Position numbers and translations under genes: made by a program
Shown: piece by piece, positions 1 through 11,500 of the stretch
Layout: each line of letters begins with the position of its first letter
Position numbering within the stretch: position 1 is the first letter of the stretch
Notes under the pieces: generated by a model
Told to the model about the DNA's origin: nothing
What the model saw: the letters and a program-made list of their open reading frames with translations, nothing else
The model's database searches: none
Assembly: GCA_046563655.1 (NCBI GenBank)
Contig: CM102286.1
Coordinates: 5,704,001 to 5,768,000 of the forward strand
Reading direction: 5' to 3'
DNA length: 64,000 nucleotides
Source: Yuukianura sp. NJ FZ-2021
Taxonomy: Eukaryota

Positions 1-30
1 CTTTATTCAAACTGTGAATATACTAACTAG

Positions 31-3000
31 GCGATCCAATCATTGCCAAAAAATATGGTGTAAGAGAACTTCCTGGACTGATTTTATTTCGGTAAATTTG
101 AAATTTTGGAAATGTCGTATACATTTTTCAAACAAACGTTGGATTTGAATTTAGACGCGGGCGTCATATAAAATACGACGACAGTATGGAGGACGAAGAG
201 GAAATGCTGGATTTCTTAACCGCTCCAGAGAATATGATTTTGAAGTGAGCATTTTTTGTTGTTTCGTTAGTTCGAAATTTTATAAAATAAGATAAGCGAT
301 ATATTTATTTACAATTTTTTTTCGTACGGTAAATCTTCATCTAATTTTCCGGGATAAACTGAAAATAGTGACCAGGTAAAGCTAAAATTCTTCGCTCTTT
401 TATGGTGAAATAATTGAGCTGCCGCTTTACTTAATTGGATTGGATTGGTTAATAGATTGAAGTTGTTAATGCCAAAATGCTGGCGAGAATGCGGGACATG
501 ACGGAACATTTGTTAGTATTGTTTTGTAAGAAACCTGGCCTTGCTATTAATATTATTATTATGACATATTTCAAAATGACTGTATAATTCTAGTTAGCGA
601 AACGGAATGCAAACAGTGCGAACGAGTCGTAACAGCTCTGGAAGAAATTGACGACGATGCTGCTGAGGTGTACACTCAAATATAAACTGTTTTATATTTT
701 TTTATGTTTTGTTTAATTTTTTTTTTTTGCTGTTTTAGATTGGAGTAAACTTTGTTAGAATCGACGGTAAGGTTGAACAGTAACACCTCATTTCAAAGGT
801 TAAGTACAAGTTTATTAAATTTATTTCAATTTTTTTTAACTCTTTAGATTGGGCGTTAGCAAAATCGTTGGGAGTCCATGCTCTTCCTGCGCTTTTGTAT
901 TTCAGGTGACAACACTGTACCACAATTTAGATATAATTGAAGTTTCACCAATTTTGGGATAATTTTCAACGAAATTGTGTTTTCTGTTTAGGCTGGGATC
1001 AGATGAGCCCGTTATTTATGCCGGAGATCTACGAGCTCCCAGTAAAATCCTTGAGGTTATTTGTAATTTCAAAATTAGGATTCATAAAATTGACATTTTA
1101 TTGCACATATAAAGTGCTGTTTTTGTTTAACAGTGGATAATGATGCGAAAAGATCCAACAGGAGTAGCAATGGCTGAAGTCAATGGGGCCGAATTGGATG
1201 AGCTAATCAAAGCCGAAGACTCCGCAATTGTTGTCTACTTCTGTAATTTATTAATTAATTTTTAATTCATTAATTAATGTAACAGTATTCTGGGTTTTTT
1301 GCTTGTAAATTAATGTTAATTAACTTCAGTTGTATTTTTCAAACTTTAGACAACAAATCCCATTGTTCAGCTTGTGAACCAGAGAAGCACTCTCGAAAGC
1401 GAAAGCAGACGGAGGAAGACACGGAGGCGGAAGCAAGTATTGGTTCAACAACATCAAGAGATTCCAATCGTTTTTTTAAACGAATACAGAAACACTGAAT
1501 TAATTTCGATTTAAAAAACGTTTTTAGGTCGTCTATCACTATGTGCACAGTGTACTAACATTTTGGTAAAGCTTGAAAATGTAGACGATGAAGTTGCCCG
1601 ACGCGGTGTGACTTTCCTGAGGACTGGGGACCTCGACTTTGCAGCTACCCAAGGGGTCACCGAGTACCCTGCATTAGTTTATTTTGGAAATGGTAACATT
1701 TTGCAGCTTATCATTGACGTCAACAGTTCAGTAAGTGTGAAATTACTAAGTTGTACCATCTTTACATCTTAAGGTGTTGCATCTGTCTATGAAACATTGA
1801 TGGAGGCAGAAGAAGATGACATTCGACACTGGATAATGGAACAGAAAACGGACGAGCGAATTGAAATGGTGACTCGAGGGATGCTGGATCAATTGCTCAT
1901 AGACGTCCATTACCTCGCTGTAACCACTATTTTACTCCCGTCACTTCCTTGTTGTTAAACGTCATGATTAACCTTGTATATTTTATTTTTCAAAAACTTT
2001 AAAAATTCATATCTCGGGAATGGAAAGTGATGGAGAGGTAAACTCTTCTTTCCTGAATTCACAAAAATATGGAGTATTTTTAGAAATTTTAAAAAGGTAC
2101 CCTCAGATTTTGACCAAATTTCGAAAAAATCCATGGACTATAGTCCATGGTTTTTTTCAAAATTTCACGAAAAACTTGATGTTCCATTTTGGAGTTTTCA
2201 TAATTTCTAAAAATTCTACATATTTATTGAAAGTTTCTCCCGAAGAGATTAGGTCTCTATCGCTTTCCGTTCCTGAGATATAAATTTTCAAAATTATATT
2301 TTATTTTTCAAAAACTTTAAAAATTCATATCTCGGGAATGGAAAGTGATGGAGAGGTAAACTCTTCGCCCCTGAATTCACAAAAATATATAGTATTTTTA
2401 GAAAATTTTAAAAAGGTACCCTCAGATTTTGACGAAATTTCGAAAAAATCCATGGACTATAGTCCATGGTTTTTTTCAAAATTTGACGAAAAACTTGATG
2501 TTCCATTTTGGAGTTTTCAATATTACTGAAATTTCTTCATCTGTTTTGAAAGTTTTTCGTGAAGAGATTAGATCTCTTTCGCTTTCCGTTCGCGAGATAT
2601 AAAATTTTTAAATTTCATTTTAATTTTCAAAAACTTGAAAAATTCATATCTCAGGAATGGAAGGTGGTAGAAAGGTAAACTCTTCTTTCCTGAATTCACA
2701 AAAATATGGAGTATTTTTAGAAATTTTAAAAAGGTACCCTCAGATTTTGACCAAATTTCACAAAAAACCATGGACTATAGTCCATGGTTTTTTTTCAAAA
2801 TTTGACGAAAAACTTAATGTTCCATTTTGGAGTTTTCAATATTACTAAAATTTCTTCATCTGCTTTGAAAGTTTTTCACGAAGAGATTATGTCTCTATCG
2901 CTTTCCGTTCCTGAGATATAAATTTTCAAAGTTTCATTTTAATTTTCAAAAACTTTCAAAATTCATAACTCAGGAACGGAAAGCGATAGAGAGGTAAACT

Positions 3001-5733
3001 TTTCGCTTCTGAATTCACAAAATTATATAGTATTTTTAGAAAATATAAAAAGGTACCCTCAGATTTTTACGAAATTTTGAAAAAATCCATGGACTATAGT
3101 CCATGGATTTTTTCAAAATTTGACGAAAAACTTGATGTTCCATTTTGGAGTTTTCAATATTACTAAAAATTCTTCATCTGTTTTGAAAGTTTTTCGTGAA
3201 GAGATTAGATCTCTTTCGCTTTCCGTTCGCGAGATATAAAATTTTAAAATTTCATTTTAATTTTCAAAAACTTTAAAAATTCATATCTCAGGAATGGAAA
3301 GGTGTGATAGAAAGGTAAACTCTTCTTTCCTGAATTCACAAAAATATGGAGTATTTTTAGAAATTTTAAAAAGGTACCCTCAGATTTTGACCAAATTTCG
3401 AAAAAATCCATGGACTATAATAGTCCATGGTTTTTTTTCAAAATTTGACAAAAAACTTGATGTTCGATTTTGGAGTTTTCAAAATTTCTAAAAATTCTTC
3501 ATGTTTTTTGAAAGTTTCTCGCGAAGAGATTAGGTCTCTATCGCTTTCCGTTCCTGAGATATAAATTTTCAAAATTATATTTTATTTTTCAAAAACTTTA
3601 AAAATTCATATCTCGGGAATGGAAAGTGATGGAGAGGTAAACTCTTCTTTCCTGAATTCACAAAAATATGTAAGTATTTTTAGAAATTTTAAAAAGGTAC
3701 CCTCAGATTTTGACCAAATTTCGAAAAAATCCATGGACTATAGTCCATGGATTTTTCATGGAAAATTTCACAAAATTTCAAATTTGTATTTTTCAGGTTT
3801 TCTTTTATAAGCAACCTTGCAGAGCCTGTGATACCATTTTAATGGAACTTGAAAAAATCGAGTAGGTAGCTGTGTTTGTGTGTGTGTAGAAAAATGATGT
3901 CATGAAGCACCTAAGGAATTTCTCACGCCAAGTCCATTGGATCTCGTTTTGTTCAATTTTAGCGATGATTGTGACATGTATGGGATCTCGATGGTTAAGA
4001 TTAACGACCCCTCGCTTGCAAAGAGATATGGAATCACCAGTTTCCCTGCACTTCTCTTTTTCAGGTCAAAGTTCAACGACATCCGCCCGTTTTGATTTAT
4101 TGAACTTTGTGCTTTACCTTAGTTTTTCTTCTTTTTCTGTAGAAATGGAAACCCATTGCTCTTTGAAGGTGATATGAAAGATGAAGAAAGTGGTACGTTT
4201 GCTAATGCATTGATCACAACTTCCTCTCTTCTTTCTTTATGTCACAAATAATTCTTTTTGAATTTCAGTTCTAGAATGGCTCACGGATGACAACAATAGA
4301 GAGTTAGAGTAAGTTATTCAATTAGAATCACACTTTATTTTTATTTATTTAACAAAAAATGTACTTTGCTGTAGCGATGAAATCGAATCTGTGAATCAAA
4401 AAATGCTGGAACGACTTGTGGACAAATCTCCGTTTCTGGCTGTTTTCTTCTGTAAGAACTTCTGCAGTTAGTAAATACTTTACAAAGTAATTTAATTATA
4501 CTTTCTGAAAATTTCTGTACAGTCGACAGCGTGGACTGCGGCGACGAATGTGAAGGTATGCAATTACCAGATATAAAATTCTGGAAGCATTTTGCCTTTG
4601 CTTTCTTATTTACGAAATGAGTGCAATATTTATTTAAGCAATGCTAGCGGCTTTGGAGACAGTTGATGATGACGCAGACGAATTCGGTTAGTCTATCATT
4701 TGTGATTTTGTAATTGTGTAGCATAAAATTGAACGTCATATCCACTAGGTATTGACATGGTGAAAGTCCCTGATGGTGATGTTGCTCAAGAGTTCGGAAT
4801 TATGAACTTACCAACACTTGCTTATTTTCGTCGAGGGACAGCACTGATCTACGAAGGCGATTTATTAGATCCAAACCAGATAATCGGTAAACGAATTTTT
4901 ATTGCAACAAAACGGTTTTGTATTGAAAAATAACAATTCCACAAAAGAAGTCGCAGGGAAAATTTATTTAACGTTGAAATGCTCTAGGTTGGTTAACATC
5001 TAATGAGGCTTTCCAACTCCCTGGAGAAATTGAAGAGGTGAGAAAACGAGACAACACTGTTTGAAAACTTAATAGTACCGTAATTTTGCTTTTAGGTCAA
5101 CCGACGGATGTTAGAAAAACTTTTGGATGACAACGATTATGTCTGTGTCTACTTTTGTAAGGCTTTTCCAGTCAATAAATTATTATTTTTCTTACAAGGA
5201 TTCAATTTTAAATCGTTAAACTTTTTGTAGATGAGGATGATTGCCAAAAATGCGAAGAGATTCTGGAAGAGCTAGAAAGAATTGATTCGGAAACGGACAA
5301 TTTGGACATTTTATTTGTTAGGATAAAAGACACAAAGTACGCGAAGAAGTGGGGCGTAAGCAAGGTAAAAATTTTCGACAACTACTACTTTCATAAATTA
5401 TTGAGTGAAATTGCAACGTCTAAAACAAAAACATTACATCTTGTGTAGCTCCCAGCAATTGTGTACTTTCGTCGTAAGTTTCCATCCATTTACAGAGGAG
5501 ATCTCTCCGATGAACTCGTCATTCTGGACGTAATCAACAAATTTGTTATTTTTTGTCATGTTTTTGTCACTTCCGTTCCAAATAAGTCTTTAATTGTTAT
5601 CTTTTTGTTCCAGTGGCTTCAGAAAAATCGTTACAAGCAACCAGAACTGAATTTGTTCATGCTGTCTCTGGCCAGTCTCAGTCTAGCATTCATTATCTAC
5701 ACTGTGTTCTTCCTCGTGTGCCTAAAAGACTAG
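31..5733 (+). CDS. hlk: Multi-thioredoxin-domain membrane protein, hlk/l(2)01289-like; 5' part lies outside the window, 25 exons visible
   Basis: GT-AG exons assembled by hand in one frame: 31-91, 155-244, 369-375, 456-525, 594-667, 739-766, 848-905, 992-1055, 1134-1242, 1350-1436, 1528-1692, 1774-1919, 3797-3861, 3963-4064, 4143-4192, 4269-4308, 4375-4451, 4523-4555, 4639-4686, 4749-4886, 4988-5037, 5096-5156, 5231-5364, 5449-5529, 5614-5733. The translation repeats a Trx-like unit (IEEVNxKML...VFFY...CxxC...LEELExID...GIxFVKI...AKxYG...PALxxFR...YxGDL...WL) with CKQC, CAQC, CRAC, CGDEC and CQKC. It ends in a hydrophobic tail WLQKNRYKQPELNLFMLSLASLSLAFIIYTVFFLVCLKD*. The symbol is from recalled similarity, not a search. 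Confidence 0.85.
369..375 (+). CDS. 7-nt micro-exon (TGACCAG) of the thioredoxin-repeat gene
   Basis: Flanked by AATAG| and |GTAAAG. It is needed to join the phase-2 exon ending at 244 to the phase-0 exon starting at 456, giving MILNDQIEVVNAKML. Confidence 0.8.
1981..3775. repeat. Intronic tandem array of ~319-bp imperfect-palindromic units (about 5.6 copies)
   Basis: The central palindrome CCATGGACTATAGTCCATGG recurs at 2131, 2450, 2768, 3087, 3408 (with a small insertion) and 3731. Unit arms ATATCTCGGGAATGGAAAGTGATGGAGAGGTAAACTCTTC and GAAGAGATTAGGTCTCTATCGCTTTCCGTTCCTGAGATAT are imperfect reverse complements. Confidence 0.95.
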
Positions 5734-5836
5734 AATCAATCCAACGTCCACTTAAGGCCTTTAGACACCCACTTATCTCGAAACAACCAACTATGAACGA
5801 ATTACAATATTTAAGTCTGCTTTGAGTTGAGAAAGC

Positions 5837-5842
5837 AATAAA
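5837..5842 (+). terminator. Candidate polyadenylation signal of the thioredoxin-repeat gene
   Basis: AATAAA about 100 nt after the TAG stop at 5733. Confidence 0.5.
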
Positions 5843-5914
5843 AAATTTTGACGATGCGAAACGCAAAAAACTTACAACTAGGCTCTACATAACTGTTTCA
5901 GAACTATAACAAAA

Positions 5915-8532
5915 TTTATTGAGAGGTGGCTAAATTTTAACCCAAATCGATATCACTTAAATCCAAGCGTTGATGATGTAAAGGGACCGGCTGGAAAATA
6001 CATAATTTTAAATTTTACCAAAAAAAAAATTGAAACAGTTCAATAAAAATCAAATGTGAGGAGCACAACGCTTCCGAGTGCTAATCTGATCTGGGGTAAA
6101 ATCGGGATGACGATGGAATCATTGAATATTCATTTCTGAAAACTGAAGCCGAAATTTAACAAAAAAAAAAGCTTCCAAAAACAAGGAAAAACTAAAACGT
6201 GATATGTTGACAACGTAGAGCTTCTGATCTCGCATTCTTTTTAAAAAACCGAAATGGAAACGGAGAAACGTTCATTTTGAGTTTGATTATTTTATTCGAA
6301 ACAGTACGGCACAACCAAATTAATTGATTCTCTTTTCTAATATTAAGTTATTTAGGATGTTGCAACTTATTCTAACTTTATCTAACTACGGGTCTTCGTC
6401 CTTCCAGGCTTAAAAGATGTGACAATAACGAGTAATTTCGAACTTTAGATGAATTAAGTATGAACAACTAACATTAGTTTATAGAGTACCCTCTCTTTAC
6501 AAATCAATAATGCATTTTGAATAGAAAACATACTTTGTCATCGTGAGTGACACATATGAGATGATGACTCGTCACGGTGACGTATATTTGGAATTAACCT
6601 TGTATTACCTTAAAAGAACAATTTAAACGTTTAGTTAATTAAAATCATTCAACCAATTATCTACTATACTCGTAGCGTTCGTCGTGGCGTCGTAAAAGTA
6701 TACAACTCTGAGGAAACAGGGATAAAGTACACGTCTCAAAAATCAAATTTAAACTTAAATGGATATTTTAATTAAAATAATGTATTAACTTAAAATGACA
6801 ATTACTATAATCAGACCAGAGTGCAGTTTTTGATTCGTGTGCATCTATAATACTTAGCTTCACTTAAGTCGTAACATAAGTTGATGGTAAATTTACGCTC
6901 GCACTGACTAATGTTACTCGCTCGTTTTTTGCCCTAAACGCTCTAAAGTTGTTAACGCGGATTTACAGGGATTAGTTAAATTTTTCACAAACGTTAAGTG
7001 ATCGCAATTCACTCTTTTTTTTATAAGTAAACTGGCTAACATTTTTAATATTAAATTACTACATCAATACATTTTCTTAAATTAGTATAAGTAATACCTA
7101 TAATTTTATTTCCGAAAAACAAAAATTCCATCACAATCATTTTTGTGGTTTATTTGGTCTTGCAAGAAGTCATTTCTTATTCTCTTTCAAATATCTGCTC
7201 GCTCCTAGGTCTTCCTGTTTCTAGTTTAGCACTTAAACGACTTATGACGAAAAGGCACTTCATTTGTTACTTTTGGTTCCAAAAACTGATAGTTACGAGT
7301 TTACATTTGAGTGGAACATTTGAGAAAATGAAAGCAGGATAATTTGTTCTGAGCGAGTTGGAAAAACCTACTCATTTTTTGTGCTTTTGTTGTAAATTGT
7401 ACTATATTGTACAACATTTATAACTACCGGACGAAGTCAAGGAAAGGTTAAGAATCAATCAACAGAAATGTCAGACAGAGCATTTAAGCAAGCAACTCTC
7501 ATGAATAAATAGGGAGATCATGAATTACAGTTGAAAATACTTGACACAACAGTTAATAGTGATGTCAACGTTTTTCACATTTACCCCTGTAGATCCTCCC
7601 AACCGGCCTTAGTATTTTGAAATGCAAGAAAATACAAATTAAAATTAACTAAAAACTAGTTTTAAAACTACAATGGAAGCTAAAATGACCTGCAGTAGAG
7701 ATGGACAGAAAATATACAATGTCTACGGTTGCAAAGAGTATACGTTACTTGGACAGTTGGACATGGCATAATGTAGAGCAGCAAATTCATCGGCACTGAA
7801 TAATTTATCAAGCATTTGAATTATTTTCCTAGCCTTACTATGTAGTCTTGTAGAGCTAATAAGTTATTTACAAGAGCTTAAGCACAAATCAATTGTTCCA
7901 TCACTTTCTTCAACGCTGTTGAGGTATTTTTCCAGCATTTTTAAAAATTTGTGACTGATAAATTATTTGATCCCACAAGGTAAAAATTAAAAAAGAAAGC
8001 ACGAGCAAAGAAAAACAGAAACATATAGCGTTTGATTGGTCACTTGGTTACATTTTAAGGATGGATTTTTCTGATGCCTTTATGGTTTAAAAAGGAGGGA
8101 GGACACACAAACCATCATCAATTTCACTCCGCCCCATTACTTCTTTTGGATTCAATCCTTGGCAAACATAAATGGACGAGGAAGAACATGTATTTGCTGA
8201 CAATGAAAATAAAATTCTAAAGGAATAAACTCTGCTATAACGTGTTTTGGCAATGATAATGAAATGTGATCACTTTCTTCCTGATCCCTTTGTAAAGCAG
8301 AGAGAGCGTCCTTCTCTACCATCATAAACCAGTAGCAGTTACCTAACTATTGTTAATGTTAGCCTAATATTGTTAAAATGTTGAAGAGTTCATAACCTAA
8401 ATTCAACTTAACTCTACAGTTTATAAAAGGTACATGTCTTCTGTATTCTTTTGGAGGGAGAGTTATAGGAGGAATTACAACACACTGCATTTGATTGGCA
8501 AATGATCATTCAAGATTTTTTAAACTCGGACT
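5915..8532 (-). other. Probable long 3' UTR of pnt (up to ~2.6 kb), convergent with the + strand gene
   Basis: No credible ORF between the two stop codons. Minus-strand AATAAA at 5915-5920, with further candidates near 6290 and 7105. The true 3' end cannot be determined from sequence. Confidence 0.45.
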
Positions 8533-8596
8533 TTAGTCTTCATCTTTTTTCTCTGGCTTCAAATCTACCATGGCGTGGAGCTCTTCGGCAGAATAA
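8533..8596 (-). CDS. pnt: pnt last coding exon ([20 protein letters not shown])
   Basis: Polypyrimidine-AG acceptor at 8597-8598; stop TAA at 8533-8535; resembles the Ets1 C-terminal helix. Confidence 0.9.
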
Positions 8597-11500
8597 CTAG
8601 AAAGAGAAAAAAAAATAAAATTGTAAGAACATTTTTATTAAAGTGGATCATCTAAGTGCCATGTTGTGTACTCCAACACATGAGACATTGACAATAGCAG
8701 ATTGTTCAAAGGACACTCACCCCAACAAGTTTTCTAGCGGAGCTCTAAAGACGTAAACGTATCTTTTCCCAGCCGTTTTCTGAATGATATTTTTATCGTA
8801 GTAGTAGCGCAACCCTCTACTCAATTTCTCATAATTCATTTTCGGTTTATTCTTCCGAATCCCCCAGCGTCTTGCCACTTCATCTGGATCTGTCAACTTA
8901 AACTCCCATCCATTTCCTGTCCACGTAATAAAGCTCTGACAAGACTTGTCCGTCAAAAGCTCCAGAAGAAATTGCCAAAGTTGAATTGGACCAGAACCGG
9001 TGAAACAGGGCCCACCCTGACCAGCACCTAAAAATATGCACAAAGTTGAATACAATTTTACCCAGTAAAAACCTTGTTGTCAACTACATTATGCAATGTT
9101 TGACGTCTTACCGGGATAGCCAGTAAGCATTGTAGCTTGGATGACCGGTTTCATATCACCATTTGAGAGTTGGGAGTGATGGCTTGGATGATGATGGGAA
9201 TGTTGAAGATGGGAATGAGACTCTCTATGACTATTGTTGTGATGCTGGGGAAGGTATGCAGGGTGGCTGTGGTGGAGCGGATTTATGTCGACTGGAGTGT
9301 TGCCACCGCTCCCGCCGCTGGATCCACCGACACCTAAAGATCCACCGGAAGATGACCAGTGATCTGGCGTTGGGAATCCACTCCCTGGAACCGTTTGTAG
9401 TGGCGGAGAGTCGTAGTGATGATGATTATGGGGACTACTGCCATAGGGCTCTGAATACGAATCAGGTCCCGGATATCGACCTGCGACAAAACCAAAATCA
9501 GATTAGTATTTTTTATTATCTTTGGCAACATTTCGAAATTGCTCAATTTGTCAGAAGATCACGCCTACATTGTACACATTTACGACCTTAACTGTTTGTT
9601 ACACCTAATATCTTTATTACGGTATGAAAAAAATGGTTTATGTTGGGTGTAGGATCATTTCAGGTTTGCCAAACTTTCGAAAAAAAGGAAAAAGTGCAAA
9701 TTTTGACACCGAGGTGCAAAAACTGAAACAGATTGCCGCCCATTTCATAACTTTTTGAACGTTCTAGTGAGCACGGCGTTGAACGTGAAATTGTTTCAGG
9801 TTGAAAATAAAGGGAAAATGGAGTTCACACTTAAATTCCCAATTAGCCAGTGATTAGATGGGTAATGAGTTTAGGCCTGTAGAGACTTCCTAGTCGTGAC
9901 TTATCACCTTGCAACATGCGAAATGTTGGTGTGCTATGAAGCGATTTTAGGGCGTGGACTTACTTCTGGCGTAGTTCTTTGTCATGAAAGGTCCTTGAGA
10001 GAAGGCTTTGTCTGACAAGAGGGAGGAGGAGTAGAACTCGGGGGAGTTTTCGACGTAGCCTGGATGGGCTCCTGCCGGGTCAGGTAAGGAATGGTAATTT
10101 TCATCTTCAAAGTTCTGGACGTAGACAGTCTCATCATTTCCGCTGTGTGTCGTGGATCCACTGGAGGGGCCTGGAACAGTTCCATGGACCACTCCGTTGG
10201 CTGTTCCATTTGTACTTAAACTGCTTCCGCCATTAGTTAGTTCACTTAATTGCTGTTGGACAGACTCTCCAATGTGGTGGTTGTACCCTGCAACGTCGAA
10301 GAGAAAAAATTATGAGTCAAAATCCAATTAACCTTGTCAAATTAACTGCGTCACTGCAAACTGCAAAGTAATTCACGCTCCACTACTTAAAACTAACAAG
10401 CGTCATTTTTCGGCATTCCCTTGACTTGTGTCAGCTTGAACTGGATCGCTGAGCAAAACTTAGTTAGCCTTTTAGTACAAACTCTGACTCTTCTGACTAC
10501 TCTTAACTGATCTTCCGAGAAACAACTAATAAGTTTAACTAACTGTAGTCCTATGGCATCATATTGCAGAATCGTCACACACGGTCGATTTCCAATACAT
10601 TTCAAGTCGTCAACGCCTTATAGTAGGTCATGATACTTAATGCTGTTCCTGAACCACACGAAGTTAGAATTCACTTCTAGTATTGGAACACATCTTTAGA
10701 ATCACAATAGAATCCCATTTAAAATAGGAAACGAGTCACGTTAAAATTTCTTTACACCTTTAAGGTTGGCATTAAATTTTGCATCAATTATGCATTTAGT
10801 TGCTACGCCCACAAATTAAAGCCCTACCTCAGACAGGTCCTATCTAGCTGCCATTTTCTCATTTGGCCCACCTCGCTTCAAGCCATTTGTAAACTGTAAT
10901 GTCATGCAACTACTGAAAACGCCCTTCTCCAACTATTCAATTCTCAACTAACACTTAATAACGAGGACGCAGAAATAAAAAAAATAGGCTAGGAATTTCC
11001 AATGACAAATTTTACTCAGGAATTTTGAATTTCAAAAGTTGGTTTTTTAGCGTTCATAAAAAATCCATTAATTGTGGATGATTTTTTATTGTATTTGCAA
11101 TCGTCATAGATCAGGCAGCGCCCTCAATCATGCAACACACGAAAGCAAATCAAAGGAAAAAAACTGCGGAAACTGGCACGCGAGATACGACTCATCACAG
11201 TTAATCTAAACTGTTAAATTAAAATTAAATACTTAAGTTCTTGTACGAACTTGATGAACTTTTCCCACGAGTTTAAGTACCTCAAAAAGAAAATTCACGT
11301 TTTTCTGACACTCATTTTAACCTACACTTCCCGTTTGGTTCAAAAGCTCCGCATAAACGTCTGCCTGCTGTCACTTAAATGCAGAATGAAAAGCAGTGAT
11401 TGGAGAAAAAAATACGTCCAAACCCAGAATGGTCTCCGGACATGAGCTACTTTGAGGTCAAACAAAAGCAAATTCATATCTGGGGATGGGCCGAATAGGA

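Noticed and set aside
2020..3810. Repeated ORFs MESDGEVNSSFLNSQKY... and a CRISPR-like periodic palindrome
   Set aside because: The ORFs are by-products of the intronic tandem repeat, with frameshifts between copies. The sequences between palindromes are near-identical rather than unique spacers, and the context is eukaryotic with no cas genes.
9163..9591. 142-aa + strand ORF
   Set aside because: Antisense shadow of the His/Ser-rich pnt exon 9112-9480.
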